A stretch of 64,000 nucleotides of DNA from an uncultured bacterium (GTDB taxonomy: Bacteria > Zixibacteria > MSB-5A5 > GN15 > FEB-12): NCBI GenBank assembly GCA_965372795.1, contig CBDVDR010000010.1, forward strand, positions 46,992 through 110,991, in the 5' to 3' direction. Shown piece after piece: positions 9,329 through 19,246 of this stretch. Every line of letters starts with the position of its first letter. The first letter of the stretch is position 1. The notes under the pieces are model-generated. The model searched no databases. It was not told where the DNA came from and saw only the letters and a list, made by a program, of their open reading frames with translations. Made by a program: the position numbers and the translations under genes.

Positions 9329-10222
9329 TTAAAATAAATCCATTAGTTCTTTTGCGGATATTAATTTCTCATAAGTAGTATATTTTATGCTTTGCATCAA
9401 TCCTTTTGGTGCTTTGCTATATTCTAATGGTCCAATTGGTTTTGCTGGAGCCACAAAATTCAATCGATATTTCCCCCCATCACCATAAGGCTCAATCGAT
9501 TCGACTTCAGCAAAATGAGTAACTGCAGATATTGGTGCGGTCTGATATACCGCTATATACTTAATTTCACCAAGTCTACCACCACCAATTCTAATTGCGT
9601 ACCAACAGTGTTCCCTAAGAAATACTTCTTTGAATCCATCTTCTTGAGCGGGTACTACAATTGTATCCTGAATACTTTTTTCTTCAATCGGCAGATTAGG
9701 TACCACATCTATTTTCGTGGCTTTTTCAAATACTCTTATTTCAACCAATGGTAATATACTCAAAATTTCATTTAGAAATTCTTGTGTATCAGCCTTTTCA
9801 GACTCAGTAAGAATTGGTTCATTTGGTGTAGTTGAGTTGTTTAATTTACATCGACTTGCATTTTTTGCTTGTTGAATAAGTGCCCATTCAAGCCAAGTAA
9901 TGTGCGCTCGGTTTAGACCACCATTGCTTGAAACGAATACCAGAACTTTGTTCCAAAATTTCTTATTCTTACTGTGATCTTCTATTCGTTTCTTAATTCC
10001 ATCACCTTGCCCCACATAAATAGTTGGGAAGTCATCCTCTTCCTCATAGCCAGCTAAGATATAGATACCCGCTTCATCAAGCTCTTTTCTATTCTTATAT
10101 TTATCCCATGCTGCACGAGATATTTCCAGACCGATACCTGTCCAGTTCATCTTGGTAATCATCTTGAAATCTTGCGGGTCTCCATCGGGTACAAATAAAC
10201 GAATAGTATAAGGTTTAGCCAT
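9329..10222 (-). CDS. GIY-YIG nuclease family protein (type often found in Type I R-M operons)
   Basis: GIYIL...IYVGQG...RIEDH...KFW. The likely start is ATG 10222 (MAKPYTIRLF, AAAGGA RBS) rather than 10303. Confidence 0.85.
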   Translation of the reverse strand: MAKPYTIRLFVPDGDPQDFKMITKMNWTGIGLEISRAAWDKYKNRKELDEAGIYILAGYEEEDDFPTIYVGQGDGIKKRIEDHSKNKKFWNKVLVFVSSNGGLNRAHITWLEWALIQQAKNASRCKLNNSTTPNEPILTESEKADTQEFLNEILSILPLVEIRVFEKATKIDVVPNLPIEEKSIQDTIVVPAQEDGFKEVFLREHCWYAIRIGGGRLGEIKYIAVYQTAPISAVTHFAEVESIEPYGDGGKYRLNFVAPAKPIGPLEYSKAPKGLMQSIKYTTYEKLISAKELMDLF

Positions 10223-10277
10223 GCGTCTTAATCCTTTCTTGTTTCCTAAGAGCCAATTGCTCTGGTTCCCGCATCGT

Positions 10278-10802
10278 TCATTTCGGCAATTTCCGATCGC
10301 CATTCACACAGAGTATGGGGTTATGAGTTGTCAGTCTGAAATCTTTCCAGCGTATCTTTTTTGGTATTGGTAGTTCTATATTTAGATATTTCTCGTATGT
10401 GTTTCTCGCACGAAGAAAAATCCATTCCGATTCAGCCAATTCGATTCCCATTGTTCTAACTTTGTCTCTTAACTTGGGAATGTGGGTTATCAAATACTGT
10501 TCGTTTGCCTGGTTATTTCTAATCCGTTTTGGTTCATCCAATATATCTATTAGGAAAATACCCTGCTGTTTTAGTTCAACCAAGAACTTGTCATACTCCT
10601 CTATTGATTCCGGTCGCTTGTCAAAATAGTGATTAAATATAGTAGAAGGTAAGCTCGTGTCATCTTCAATTTTCTTACCAATAGCAAGCTTTTGTGGAAC
10701 ATAAAAGAATGTTCTCCCACTTGATGGCGGAGCTTCACCGATCAACAGAGTTTTAATCACTTCTGGTCTGTATTTATTCCTCTCTCGTTCGTAATCAATC
10801 AT
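10278..10802 (-). CDS. Putative uracil-DNA glycosylase superfamily-like protein
   Basis: KYRPEVIKTLLIGEAPP..FFY resembles the UDG-superfamily motif A region, and GIFLIDI follows. Confidence 0.5.
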   Translation of the reverse strand: MIDYERERNKYRPEVIKTLLIGEAPPSSGRTFFYVPQKLAIGKKIEDDTSLPSTIFNHYFDKRPESIEEYDKFLVELKQQGIFLIDILDEPKRIRNNQANEQYLITHIPKLRDKVRTMGIELAESEWIFLRARNTYEKYLNIELPIPKKIRWKDFRLTTHNPILCVNGDRKLPK

Positions 10803-10829
10803 ACAATTATGATTTCCCCTCAGATAGTC

Positions 10830-11990
10830 TCATGCTACTGCTCCTTCTGCTGTGGTCAGTTCGCCGTTGAATGCTTTTTGCAGGATAGATTTTTTCAAAT
10901 CGTCTAATGAATCTAATTCTTTTTCGTATTGAGATTCAAGGACTTCGGTTTGTTTTTTTAAAATTTCAAGTTTTTCAATAATTTTTAATTGTGCATTCAC
11001 TTTAGGAAATGAGATAAAATAATTTTCAATAAACTCTTTTGATACACGTTTATGACCAACAGCACCGGTCATTACCATTTTTCCTTCTACTCTAAACTGA
11101 TCTCTCGAAAGAAAGTAAAAAAGAAAATCAGACTTAATATCACCTAATGATCGAAAGACGATATATTCACTTGAACCAAATCCAATCCCATTTACTAAGT
11201 TACGTGCCACACCAAGTTTTCCATTTTCAAAACAAGGCGTTATTTTTGCCATTAAAACATCATCATCTGCAAAATACGTATAACTTCCTGCAACTTCATT
11301 TAATTTTTTTTGCTGAGCAATAGGGATGTCTTTTTGTAATACCTTTAAATCAGTCATTGGTAGAAATGTCACCATATCTGATTGATTTAGTTTATCTTTT
11401 GCTTCTTTTTTCGGTGGTTTAATGAGAAACACTTCCCCTAACTTCTTTTCCACCCAACCGTCACCTTTTTGGGTGAAGATTTGGTTCAGTTCGCTTTGGA
11501 AGAGGTCTTTAGTGTTTTGCAGGTTGCGTTCTACATTGGCTTTGGCTTTGTCGATTGCTTCAAAGCATCTGTCCAATATGGCAACAATGCGTTTCTGTTC
11601 AGGAAGAAGTGGGATTAAAGTTTCAATTGCATAAACATCATTCCTGTTAATTCCCGGTTTTACACCTTTGGCAAGAGCTGGAAGTTCAAGTAAAGACAGC
11701 AGGTGATACAAGAAATTAAGATTCAGTTCAGTTTTGTCAAACTTGACAAAGTAGGTAACATCAAGCGGCCAGAACTTTTCTTCTGTATAGTTGATTTCAC
11801 CTGCTGATCCTTTTCTTCCAACAATAATGCTTGGTTCATCTGAATAATACTCGTTGGTTCTATCCTTAACACCATTCGCACCATAGACTGGATACAATCC
11901 TTCCGATGTTCGTTTATCTTTTGAAAGAGGCTTCCCATACTCTAACGAGAGGATATCTCCAATCTTTTTGCTTTCCCAACTCTGTTTCAT
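10830..11990 (-). CDS. hsdS: Type I R-M specificity subunit
   Basis: Two TRDs separated by the conserved PLLPEQKRIVAILD spacer; C-terminal LKKSILQKAFNGEL. Confidence 0.95.
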   Translation of the reverse strand: MKQSWESKKIGDILSLEYGKPLSKDKRTSEGLYPVYGANGVKDRTNEYYSDEPSIIVGRKGSAGEINYTEEKFWPLDVTYFVKFDKTELNLNFLYHLLSLLELPALAKGVKPGINRNDVYAIETLIPLLPEQKRIVAILDRCFEAIDKAKANVERNLQNTKDLFQSELNQIFTQKGDGWVEKKLGEVFLIKPPKKEAKDKLNQSDMVTFLPMTDLKVLQKDIPIAQQKKLNEVAGSYTYFADDDVLMAKITPCFENGKLGVARNLVNGIGFGSSEYIVFRSLGDIKSDFLFYFLSRDQFRVEGKMVMTGAVGHKRVSKEFIENYFISFPKVNAQLKIIEKLEILKKQTEVLESQYEKELDSLDDLKKSILQKAFNGELTTAEGAVA

Positions 11991-13444
11991 AGCAACTCTT
12001 TAATACTTTCTAAAATCTCTTTGGTCTCGTTGTCCAGCGTTGCCATCTCAGTCAATATTTCCTTTGGACTTCGTAATGGTGCCTCTTCTGGTGTATTTGG
12101 GTTTTTCACACTTAGATCATAGGTTTCAGTGTTGATATTGGCAATATTCACGCTCCAACATCTTTCATTCTCCGGTTTACTCTTTTGCAGTTTTACAAAC
12201 TCTGCCATATCATTATCATTGAGCGGATTGGTCTTGCCCATATTGCGACCCGGATCAAGCTGGTAGTACCAAATCTTCTTGGTCGGTTCACCTTTGTTAA
12301 AAAACAGTACTACCGTTTTCACACCTGCCCCTAAAAACGTCCCACCTGGCATATCTAAAATTGTATGCAGGTTACAGTTTTCCAGTAGATGTTTCCTCAG
12401 AGAGATAGAGGCATTGTCGGTATTGCTCAAGAATGTATTTTTGATAACTATCCCGGCACGACCGCCGGCTTTGAGGGTTTTGATAAAGTGCTGCAAAAAC
12501 AGAAAAGCGGTCTCACTGGTTTTAATATTAAAATTCTGCTGAACTTCTTTGTGCTCTTTAGCACCAAAGGGTGGGTTTGCCATTATCACTTTGTATCTAT
12601 CTTTTTCCTGAATATCCCGAATGTTCTCACTTAGAGTATTTGTGTGGCTAATATTGGGGGCCTCTATGCCATGAAGAATCATATTCATAATACCGATGAT
12701 ATACGCCAGATTTTTCTTTTCCTTACCGTAGAAGGTTTTTTCCTGAAGAGTTTTTAAATCGGTAGTGGATAATGAATCTCTGTCCTTTGTCATATGAGCG
12801 AAGGCTTCACACAGGAAGCCTGCTGAACCCACCGCACCATCATAGATGGTTTCCCCTATCTGTGGGTTTACAACCTCAATGATAGCCCTAATAAGTGGTC
12901 TGGGAGTGTAATACTGCCCGCCGTTACGCCCGGCATTACCCATATTCTTAATTTTACTCTCATAGAGATGCGAAAGCTCGTGCTTGTCTTTAGTCGTTCG
13001 AAATTGTATTTCATCGATATGATCTATGATTTCACGGAGATTATAACCGCTTTGTATTTTGTTTTTGAGTTCAGAGAATATTTCACCAATTTTATATTCG
13101 ATAGTTTTTGAATTGTCAGCCTTTTCTTTGAATTTTGAGAGATATGGGAAAAGTTTGCCGTTGACAAACTGAACCAAATCGGGACCACTCATAGCTTTGT
13201 GATGATCGAGTTTACCATCGGATGTTTTTGGCATCGCCCAGTTTGCCCAGCGGTATTCTTCATCTAATATGAAAGTGTATTTTTTACCCTTAAGTTCGGC
13301 TGAATCTTTCTTATCGAGTTCCAGATCATCCAGATACCGCAAAAACAAAATCCATGAGGTTTGCCCGATATAGTCTAACTCACTATCGGCACCAGCGTCT
13401 TTATAAAGGACATCATCAATATTTTTAAAAGTCTGTTCAAACAT
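11987..13444 (-). CDS. hsdM: Type I R-M N6-adenine methyltransferase
   Basis: GQYYTPR, DGAVGSAGFL, NPPF. The likely start is ATG 13444 (AGGAG RBS). It overlaps hsdS by 4 bp. Confidence 0.95.
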   Translation of the reverse strand: MFEQTFKNIDDVLYKDAGADSELDYIGQTSWILFLRYLDDLELDKKDSAELKGKKYTFILDEEYRWANWAMPKTSDGKLDHHKAMSGPDLVQFVNGKLFPYLSKFKEKADNSKTIEYKIGEIFSELKNKIQSGYNLREIIDHIDEIQFRTTKDKHELSHLYESKIKNMGNAGRNGGQYYTPRPLIRAIIEVVNPQIGETIYDGAVGSAGFLCEAFAHMTKDRDSLSTTDLKTLQEKTFYGKEKKNLAYIIGIMNMILHGIEAPNISHTNTLSENIRDIQEKDRYKVIMANPPFGAKEHKEVQQNFNIKTSETAFLFLQHFIKTLKAGGRAGIVIKNTFLSNTDNASISLRKHLLENCNLHTILDMPGGTFLGAGVKTVVLFFNKGEPTKKIWYYQLDPGRNMGKTNPLNDNDMAEFVKLQKSKPENERCWSVNIANINTETYDLSVKNPNTPEEAPLRSPKEILTEMATLDNETKEILESIKELL

Positions 13445-13691
13445 TCGATGCAACTCCTAATAGCTTATGATATGATTACTGTCTGAATTATTTCACCCAC
13501 AGCGTTCAATTGTTTACATTTAATTAGATTTCGAGCCTTTCAAAGACCTTTCCCCTAAGTTGTTGTTACGTTTCAAATAATATGATAAATATATCATTGT
13601 ATGTCAAATGAATAAGAATACGATTGATTTTGAAGATTTACATGCCTATTTTTAAAATATTAAGTAAATAGATAAATTAACGGAGGATTTA

Positions 13692-14153
13692 GTGGGCTTG
13701 ATTGATTCAAAGAAATTTGGTCTAAATCCAATAATTGATTCAAATACTAAAGTAATGATTTTGGGATCGTTACCTGGAGATGAATCTATTAGATTACAAG
13801 AATACTATGCTAACAATAATAATGACTTCTGGAAGTTAACCAGTCATGCTATTAGTGAAGATATTACTAAATTTAGCTATAAAGAAAAAATACAAAAACT
13901 ATTAAAAAACAATATTGGTTTGTGGGATGTTTTTAAATTAGCTAATCGACCAGGAAGCTTGGATTCAGATATAAATTATGAAGAAATTAACGATTTCAAA
14001 TGGCTTAAGAATAATTATCCTAAAATTAAATTAATTTCCTTTAATGGCAAAAAAGCCGGAAAATATACGAGAGCTTTAAATGATATTGGCTATGAAACAA
14101 TAGTCATCCCATCTTCAAGTTGTGCAAAAATAAAAATAAAAAATCGTGCATAA
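13692..14153 (+). CDS. DNA-deoxyinosine/hypoxanthine glycosylase (UDG family 6-like), possibly C-terminally truncated
   Basis: ILGSLPG..S...EYY..N.FW, IGLWDV, GSLDS, FNGKKA, PSSS. An in-frame TAA precedes IWQ. Confidence 0.8.
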   Translation: MGLIDSKKFGLNPIIDSNTKVMILGSLPGDESIRLQEYYANNNNDFWKLTSHAISEDITKFSYKEKIQKLLKNNIGLWDVFKLANRPGSLDSDINYEEINDFKWLKNNYPKIKLISFNGKKAGKYTRALNDIGYETIVIPSSSCAKIKIKNRA

Positions 14154-14219
14154 ATTTGGCAATCATCAATCAGTTTAATAAAATAATTTCTTAAAATCAT
14201 AGATATCTTTAATTGAATC

Positions 14220-15596
14220 ATGGATGAGAAAAACAAAAACAAATCTTCCATAGCTGAATCTGAAAATTACAGACAAGTATACGCATATCTATTAGGTACA
14301 GGGGAATCACCACTATCATCTGTTAAAAGTGTAGTTATTACTGCAAAACGATTTGATTTAAAGCTTAATATCACAGGTGAAAAAGGATCTGTTTATAATC
14401 GAATAATTACGCTTCTGAAAAAAAATAAGTTGCAATTTACTGAAATAGAATATTCTCCGAAGATACGAAACAAACCGGATGAGTGGTATTGTGATACTGA
14501 TAATACAAGTTTGCATATTTGGGTGCCAGAATCAAAACATCGTATTGCAGACATTGGACTTTTGGTTTCGTTTTATATTAATTATCATCTTACCAAACTT
14601 AGAGAGAACGTAACTGATTTCCCAAAACCAAAAATTGACATCTTGTACTTATTACTATTAATGGAAATTTTCGCTGATACAAATGAAAAATCTTTGAGCA
14701 ATAGATTGTTTAGAGATTTACTTAATTCTGAAAACAATTCTGTTATTTCTGTTTCAAACAATATAGATACTTACTACAACGAAATGCATGCTGTTAATGG
14801 CATAGCAAAAAATTTATCTGAGTACACTCTGTTATATCTTGGATTTACTTCAGATTATGACCTTATGAAAGAACTGATTGCTAATTCTCATTTAAAGGAT
14901 CATCCTCTAAATAAAAATTTTAAGTCCTTCATATTACCTGATGTCAAATATGTCTGGTATCTTAAATCAAGCGAATGGGATGTAGATAGCCTTAGGCTGA
15001 TTCTCCAAAATTCAGTTTATCTCAACTCTATTAAGAATCAACAAATCCCCGAGAAACAGAAAGAATGTTTGGTCTTAAGACTCAAAGGATTACCGGAAGA
15101 TAAAATAGCAGATCAGTTAGGATTCGAAACATTTGATGAATATCAAACTTGGCTCAATAAGAATCATCTTTCTATAACACCGTTACAAAAAGAGAATCAA
15201 TATCAACTTTGGCTTGAAGCATGCGACTATTTTGAGATTGAGCCAGATCTTGTTGATGTAGGAATAGAAGATTCTTGTGCTATAGAAAATCCAATCCAAT
15301 ATGATACAGAGGGATCTTCCCCAAATTTTAGAATAGGTCTGGGATTTAGCTCATTTTTCATCGAAGGAAAAGGTTCTTTCTCTCTTACACCAAGACAATC
15401 TGATGTTTTAAGAATATTATATGAAGGATATTTAGATAAAACATATGACATACACCAAAGTATTATAATCCAAGAAGTTTATGGTGAGGTTTCTGAAACC
15501 AGCTTAAAAAAACTATTTGGTTATAATACTGTTTGGGATTTATTGATTGAACCTGGTAAACGAAAAGGCCAGTTTCGTTTAAAAGATCTATTCTAA
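14220..15596 (+). CDS. Hypothetical protein with internal sigma-region-4-like HTH and C-terminal winged-helix-like segment
   Basis: KQKECLVLRLKGLPEDKIADQLG; LTPRQSDVLRILYE...KGQFRL. Confidence 0.6.
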   Translation: MDEKNKNKSSIAESENYRQVYAYLLGTGESPLSSVKSVVITAKRFDLKLNITGEKGSVYNRIITLLKKNKLQFTEIEYSPKIRNKPDEWYCDTDNTSLHIWVPESKHRIADIGLLVSFYINYHLTKLRENVTDFPKPKIDILYLLLLMEIFADTNEKSLSNRLFRDLLNSENNSVISVSNNIDTYYNEMHAVNGIAKNLSEYTLLYLGFTSDYDLMKELIANSHLKDHPLNKNFKSFILPDVKYVWYLKSSEWDVDSLRLILQNSVYLNSIKNQQIPEKQKECLVLRLKGLPEDKIADQLGFETFDEYQTWLNKNHLSITPLQKENQYQLWLEACDYFEIEPDLVDVGIEDSCAIENPIQYDTEGSSPNFRIGLGFSSFFIEGKGSFSLTPRQSDVLRILYEGYLDKTYDIHQSIIIQEVYGEVSETSLKKLFGYNTVWDLLIEPGKRKGQFRLKDLF

Positions 15597-15688
15597 ATAA
15601 GTAAATCACCTACTAAACTCCCTTATTATTTTTAAAATCACTATATATACCCCCACTTAGCTCCCAATAACAATTCATTTATTGGAGC

Positions 15689-15901
15689 ATGCTATATAAG
15701 ACAACTGATAATCCAAGTAACAAAGAACAACAGACTGATAGAAGTGAGCATTGCATTGAGTCTAAGAAAATAATATTTCTTGGTAAGAAAATGACTACTA
15801 ATGAATATCAGGAATCATGTCGTAATTTAGAAGAATTTTTTAAGATTCTCATAAAATGGCAAAAGAAGGAGGGTCTTAATGAAAAAGAAACGAACTTATG
15901 A
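15689..15901 (+). CDS. Small hypothetical protein of the recombination module
   Basis: GGAG before ATG; overlaps the next gene. Confidence 0.45.
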   Translation: MLYKTTDNPSNKEQQTDRSEHCIESKKIIFLGKKMTTNEYQESCRNLEEFFKILIKWQKKEGLNEKETNL

Positions 15902-16424
15902 TCTTCGATTGATAAAAAAAAGACATTCCTACTCAACGTCTGAATTATCCAAAAAAATAAGTGTACACCCTCGAACAATTCAAGAATGGCGCAAACAAGG
16001 GATGAAACCAATTGAGATAAATAATAGAAATTTTTTATTTATGGGATATGATATAGTTAGATTCATTTCAGAAAAGCAGCAGAAGAGGAAGCAAAAATTA
16101 GAAGTAAACGAATTTTTCTGCCCAAAATGTAAATCACCTCAAACTTCTACTTTAAATAATATAACTATATTAGTAACTAATAAAAAAATTGGAAAAGATA
16201 ATCTCTCCATCCACATAAAAGGTGTTTGCACAAAGTGCAGATGCATACTCACTCGTTTTTCTTCTAAAACAATGCTCAAAAACTCCTATTGGGGGCTGAA
16301 GTTAAAAGAAGGTCATGTAAGATTAAAGGGTTATCCACCATCTGCTTTAAACACTGACATCAAGCAGGAGATTTTAGACTCTTTAAAACTTATAAAAGAA
16401 ACTGAGGGAAATAATGAAAACTAA
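15879..16424 (+). CDS. MerR/excisionase-like HTH protein with CxxC...CxxC zinc ribbon
   Basis: YSTSELSKKISVHPRTIQEWRKQG; CPKC and CTKC; overlaps the integrase start. Confidence 0.75.
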   Translation: MKKKRTYDLRLIKKRHSYSTSELSKKISVHPRTIQEWRKQGMKPIEINNRNFLFMGYDIVRFISEKQQKRKQKLEVNEFFCPKCKSPQTSTLNNITILVTNKKIGKDNLSIHIKGVCTKCRCILTRFSSKTMLKNSYWGLKLKEGHVRLKGYPPSALNTDIKQEILDSLKLIKETEGNNEN

Positions 16425-17502
16425 TTCAAAAAACGAAAGTGTTAAAAGGAAATATTTTAAATGGTTAAAAGAAGCCAGAGGATATGCAGAATCTACAATA
16501 GATATTATTGAAAAAAGTATATTACTGTATGAGGATTTTACACATTTTGAAGATTATTCCGCTTTCACTCAAAAAAAAGCTATTGGATTCAAAAAATGGT
16601 TACAATCAAAAACTTATAAGAATAAACCGGTCTCGGTTACAACAAATTATCATTACTTGAGACATTTAAAGGACTTCTTTATTTGGTTATCGGGACAAGC
16701 AGGTTATAAATCAAAAATTGATTTGGATACTGTTTCATACTTATCACTGGATAAAAAACAAGTCAGATTGGCTACAGCACCTAAACCTGTCAAATTCCCA
16801 TCATTGGAATATGTTAAAAAACTAACAGATTCAATTGAAATAATAACAGAGATAGATAAAAGAGACCGTGCTTTGATCGCATTCCTATTATTGAGTGGAA
16901 TGAGAGATAAAGCAATTTGCACTTTACCAATATGTTGTTTTGATAGAAATACGCTTGAAATCAACCAAGACCCAAAATTTGGAGTTGAAACTAAATTCGG
17001 AAAAGCTATTTATTCAAAGATACTTAGAATCGATAACAAATTGTTAGAATATATTCTTAATTGGTCAGAGTATCTTGAAAAAGATAAATTATTCAGTTCC
17101 ACTGATCCGCTATTTCCAAGAAATAAAGTACATATGTCTGAAAATAGCTATTGTTTTGAATCAAGTGAAATAGAGCCTTATTATTGGAAATCCACAAATA
17201 GTATCCGTAAAATATTAATAAATCGAAGTGAAAAAGCAGGCTTGAAGTATTATAATCCGCATTCATTTAGACATTCGACTGTAAATCTTGCTTTTAAAGC
17301 TTGCCGAAATGGTGAGGAATTAAAAGCCATCAGTCAACTCGTCGGGCATGAAAATCTTAAGACAACTATGATGAGTTATGGAACTTTAGATCAACATAGG
17401 CTTAATGAAGTTGTAGATGATTTAGATTTCTCTGAATCTTCTGACAATGATCAAGAAATGTTTGAAGAATATAAGAAGTTTATTAGAAAAATAAAGAAAT
17501 AA
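16414..17502 (+). CDS. Tyrosine recombinase/integrase
   Basis: SGMR, HSFRH, GHE..TT..Y catalytic residues. Confidence 0.92.
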   Translation: MKTNSKNESVKRKYFKWLKEARGYAESTIDIIEKSILLYEDFTHFEDYSAFTQKKAIGFKKWLQSKTYKNKPVSVTTNYHYLRHLKDFFIWLSGQAGYKSKIDLDTVSYLSLDKKQVRLATAPKPVKFPSLEYVKKLTDSIEIITEIDKRDRALIAFLLLSGMRDKAICTLPICCFDRNTLEINQDPKFGVETKFGKAIYSKILRIDNKLLEYILNWSEYLEKDKLFSSTDPLFPRNKVHMSENSYCFESSEIEPYYWKSTNSIRKILINRSEKAGLKYYNPHSFRHSTVNLAFKACRNGEELKAISQLVGHENLKTTMMSYGTLDQHRLNEVVDDLDFSESSDNDQEMFEEYKKFIRKIKK

Positions 17503-17505
17503 TAC

Positions 17506-17532
17506 TTGACTGATGATATATTATGATATACT
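17506..17532 (+). promoter_or_regulatory. Putative sigma70 promoter for the XRE-serine recombinase pair
   Basis: TTGACT (17506) and TATACT (17527) with a short 15-bp spacer; the ATG is only 7 nt downstream. Confidence 0.4.
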
Positions 17533-17539
17533 TTGAGGC

Positions 17540-17728
17540 ATGGATAATTTGTTAGAAAAACTTGAAGAATACCGGCTCGAACATCGCATTACTCAAAAGC
17601 AATTAGCTGAACTTCTTGGAGTTGCCTTTGTTACAGTAAGTCGTTGGCTGAATGGGCATACGAAACCGAATAAGATTCAAACATTTCACATTAAAAAGCT
17701 TTTATCTAAAAAGGTAAAAAAACGATGA
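17540..17728 (+). CDS. XRE-family HTH regulator
   Basis: ITQKQLAELLGVAFVTVSRWLNGHTKP; ATGA overlap with the recombinase. Confidence 0.9.
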   Translation: MDNLLEKLEEYRLEHRITQKQLAELLGVAFVTVSRWLNGHTKPNKIQTFHIKKLLSKKVKKR

Positions 17729-19173
17729 ATTGTGTAATCTATACTCGAGTCTCATCCAAAGAACAAGAAAAGAGTGGATTTTCAATTCCGGCTCAAAGAA
17801 AACTTCTTATGGATTATGCCCAATCTCATGGTTACAAAATTATTCAAGAGTTTTCGGATGTAGAAACTGCTAAATCAAGCGGTAGAACACAATTTGAAAA
17901 ATTACAATCTTTTCTAAAAGAAAACAAAGAAGTTAAAATTATTCTTGTTGAAAAAACAGATCGATTATACCGCAACTTTACTGACTATGTTTCTCTTGAA
18001 ATGCTTGATGTAGAACTTCATTTAGTCAAAGAAAATGAGATAATTAGTAAAGAGAGTAAATCTCATGCAAAATTAATTCATGGAATCAAAGTAGTATTAG
18101 CTAAAAACTATATCGATAATTTGTCAGAAGAAGTAAAGAAAGGTCTTAAAGAAAAAGCCGAACAGGGTGAATGGCCACACAGAGCACCATTAGGGTATCT
18201 TAATGACCGTGACTCTCAAAAAATAGTTGTAGATCGAGAACGAGGTCCAATAATTAAAATGCTTTTTGAATTGTATGCAACTGGACAATACTCAATTTCG
18301 CTATTGCAGAAGGAAGCTAAGATATTAGGACTCAAATATCGAGGTAAAGGACAATATGTAAGTCGATCCTGGATTGAAAAACTTTTAAAGAACCCTATTT
18401 ATACAGGCCGATTTAGATGGAAAAAGGAAATGTATCAAGGATCTCATGAACCATTGATTACATATGAATTATTTGACCAAGTGCAGAAGATAATTTCAAA
18501 TAAAAGTAAGCCGAAACCAAGAACACATAATTTTGCTTTTCGAGGCTTGTTAACATGTGGTTATTGTGGATGTGCAATAACGGCTGAGATAAAAAAAGAT
18601 AAGTATATTTACTATCGATGCACCAATGGGAAGGGTAAATGTTCTCAAGCTTATATTCCAGAGTCAAAACTATCATCACTTTTAGCAGAAACGGTTAAAC
18701 AAGTAACAATTGATTCTAATTCTGCAGAAGAAATTAGAACGGCACTAAAAGATAGTCTTGATAAAATACAACAATTTCGTGAACAAGAATTAAAAAAATT
18801 GAATAGTAAACGACAACAAATCCAATCTCGCATTGATAATTGTTACCGTGATAGATTAGATGGTAGAATTGATATTGAGTTTTGGCAGAACACCCACAAA
18901 CAACTTTTGGAAGAACAGAATAACTTGAATGAACGATATAAAAAATTAGATGAAGCTAACGAAGATTATTATCAGGCTGGATTAAGCTTCTTAGAACTCT
19001 CACAAACTGCTTACTCTGAATATCTTAATCGTAATTCACTTGAACAAGCAACACTATTAAAACAAATACTTTCGAACTGCAAAATAAAGGATGTAACTCT
19101 TTATCCTACATATAGAACGCCATTTAATTTACTACTTGATATACCTAAAAGTGAATTAATGCGGAGGAGGTAG
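17725..19173 (+). CDS. Large serine recombinase (resolvase, recombinase, Zn-ribbon and coiled-coil domains)
   Basis: YTRVSS, DRLYRN, APLGY, CGYCG...YYRC...C. Confidence 0.95.
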   Translation: MNCVIYTRVSSKEQEKSGFSIPAQRKLLMDYAQSHGYKIIQEFSDVETAKSSGRTQFEKLQSFLKENKEVKIILVEKTDRLYRNFTDYVSLEMLDVELHLVKENEIISKESKSHAKLIHGIKVVLAKNYIDNLSEEVKKGLKEKAEQGEWPHRAPLGYLNDRDSQKIVVDRERGPIIKMLFELYATGQYSISLLQKEAKILGLKYRGKGQYVSRSWIEKLLKNPIYTGRFRWKKEMYQGSHEPLITYELFDQVQKIISNKSKPKPRTHNFAFRGLLTCGYCGCAITAEIKKDKYIYYRCTNGKGKCSQAYIPESKLSSLLAETVKQVTIDSNSAEEIRTALKDSLDKIQQFREQELKKLNSKRQQIQSRIDNCYRDRLDGRIDIEFWQNTHKQLLEEQNNLNERYKKLDEANEDYYQAGLSFLELSQTAYSEYLNRNSLEQATLLKQILSNCKIKDVTLYPTYRTPFNLLLDIPKSELMRRR

Positions 19174-19246
19174 GATTCGAACCCACGGTACCTTGCGGCA
19201 CAACGGTTTTCAAGACCGCCGCTTTCGACCACTCAGCCACTCCTCC
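19162..19246 (-). tRNA. tRNA-Ser(TGA)
   Basis: GGAGGAGTGGCTGAGTGGTCGAAAGC...GCGGTCT-TGA-AAACCGT, long variable arm, GGTTCGAATCC, acceptor stem closes. Confidence 0.95.

Larger units (their letters stand above)
1..19173. mobile_element. tRNA-Ser-associated integrative defence island (right part; left end outside window)
   Basis: Serine recombinase abuts and overlaps the tRNA-Ser 3' end. A tyrosine recombinase, HTH regulators, Type I R-M and NLR-like cargo lie to the left, and the region is visibly more AT-rich than the housekeeping genes. No second att copy was seen in the window. Confidence 0.8.

Noticed and set aside
10223..10303. N-terminal extension of the GIY-YIG ORF in the track
   Set aside because: It overlaps the upstream gene; a better RBS and family-like N-terminus start at 10222.
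19159..19162. Missing CCA on tRNA-Ser as evidence of damage by integration
   Set aside because: tRNA-Gln in this window also lacks an encoded CCA, so the organism probably adds it enzymatically.
14220..19173. Prophage interpretation of the island
   Set aside because: No terminase, capsid, tail, primase or lysis genes are visible.
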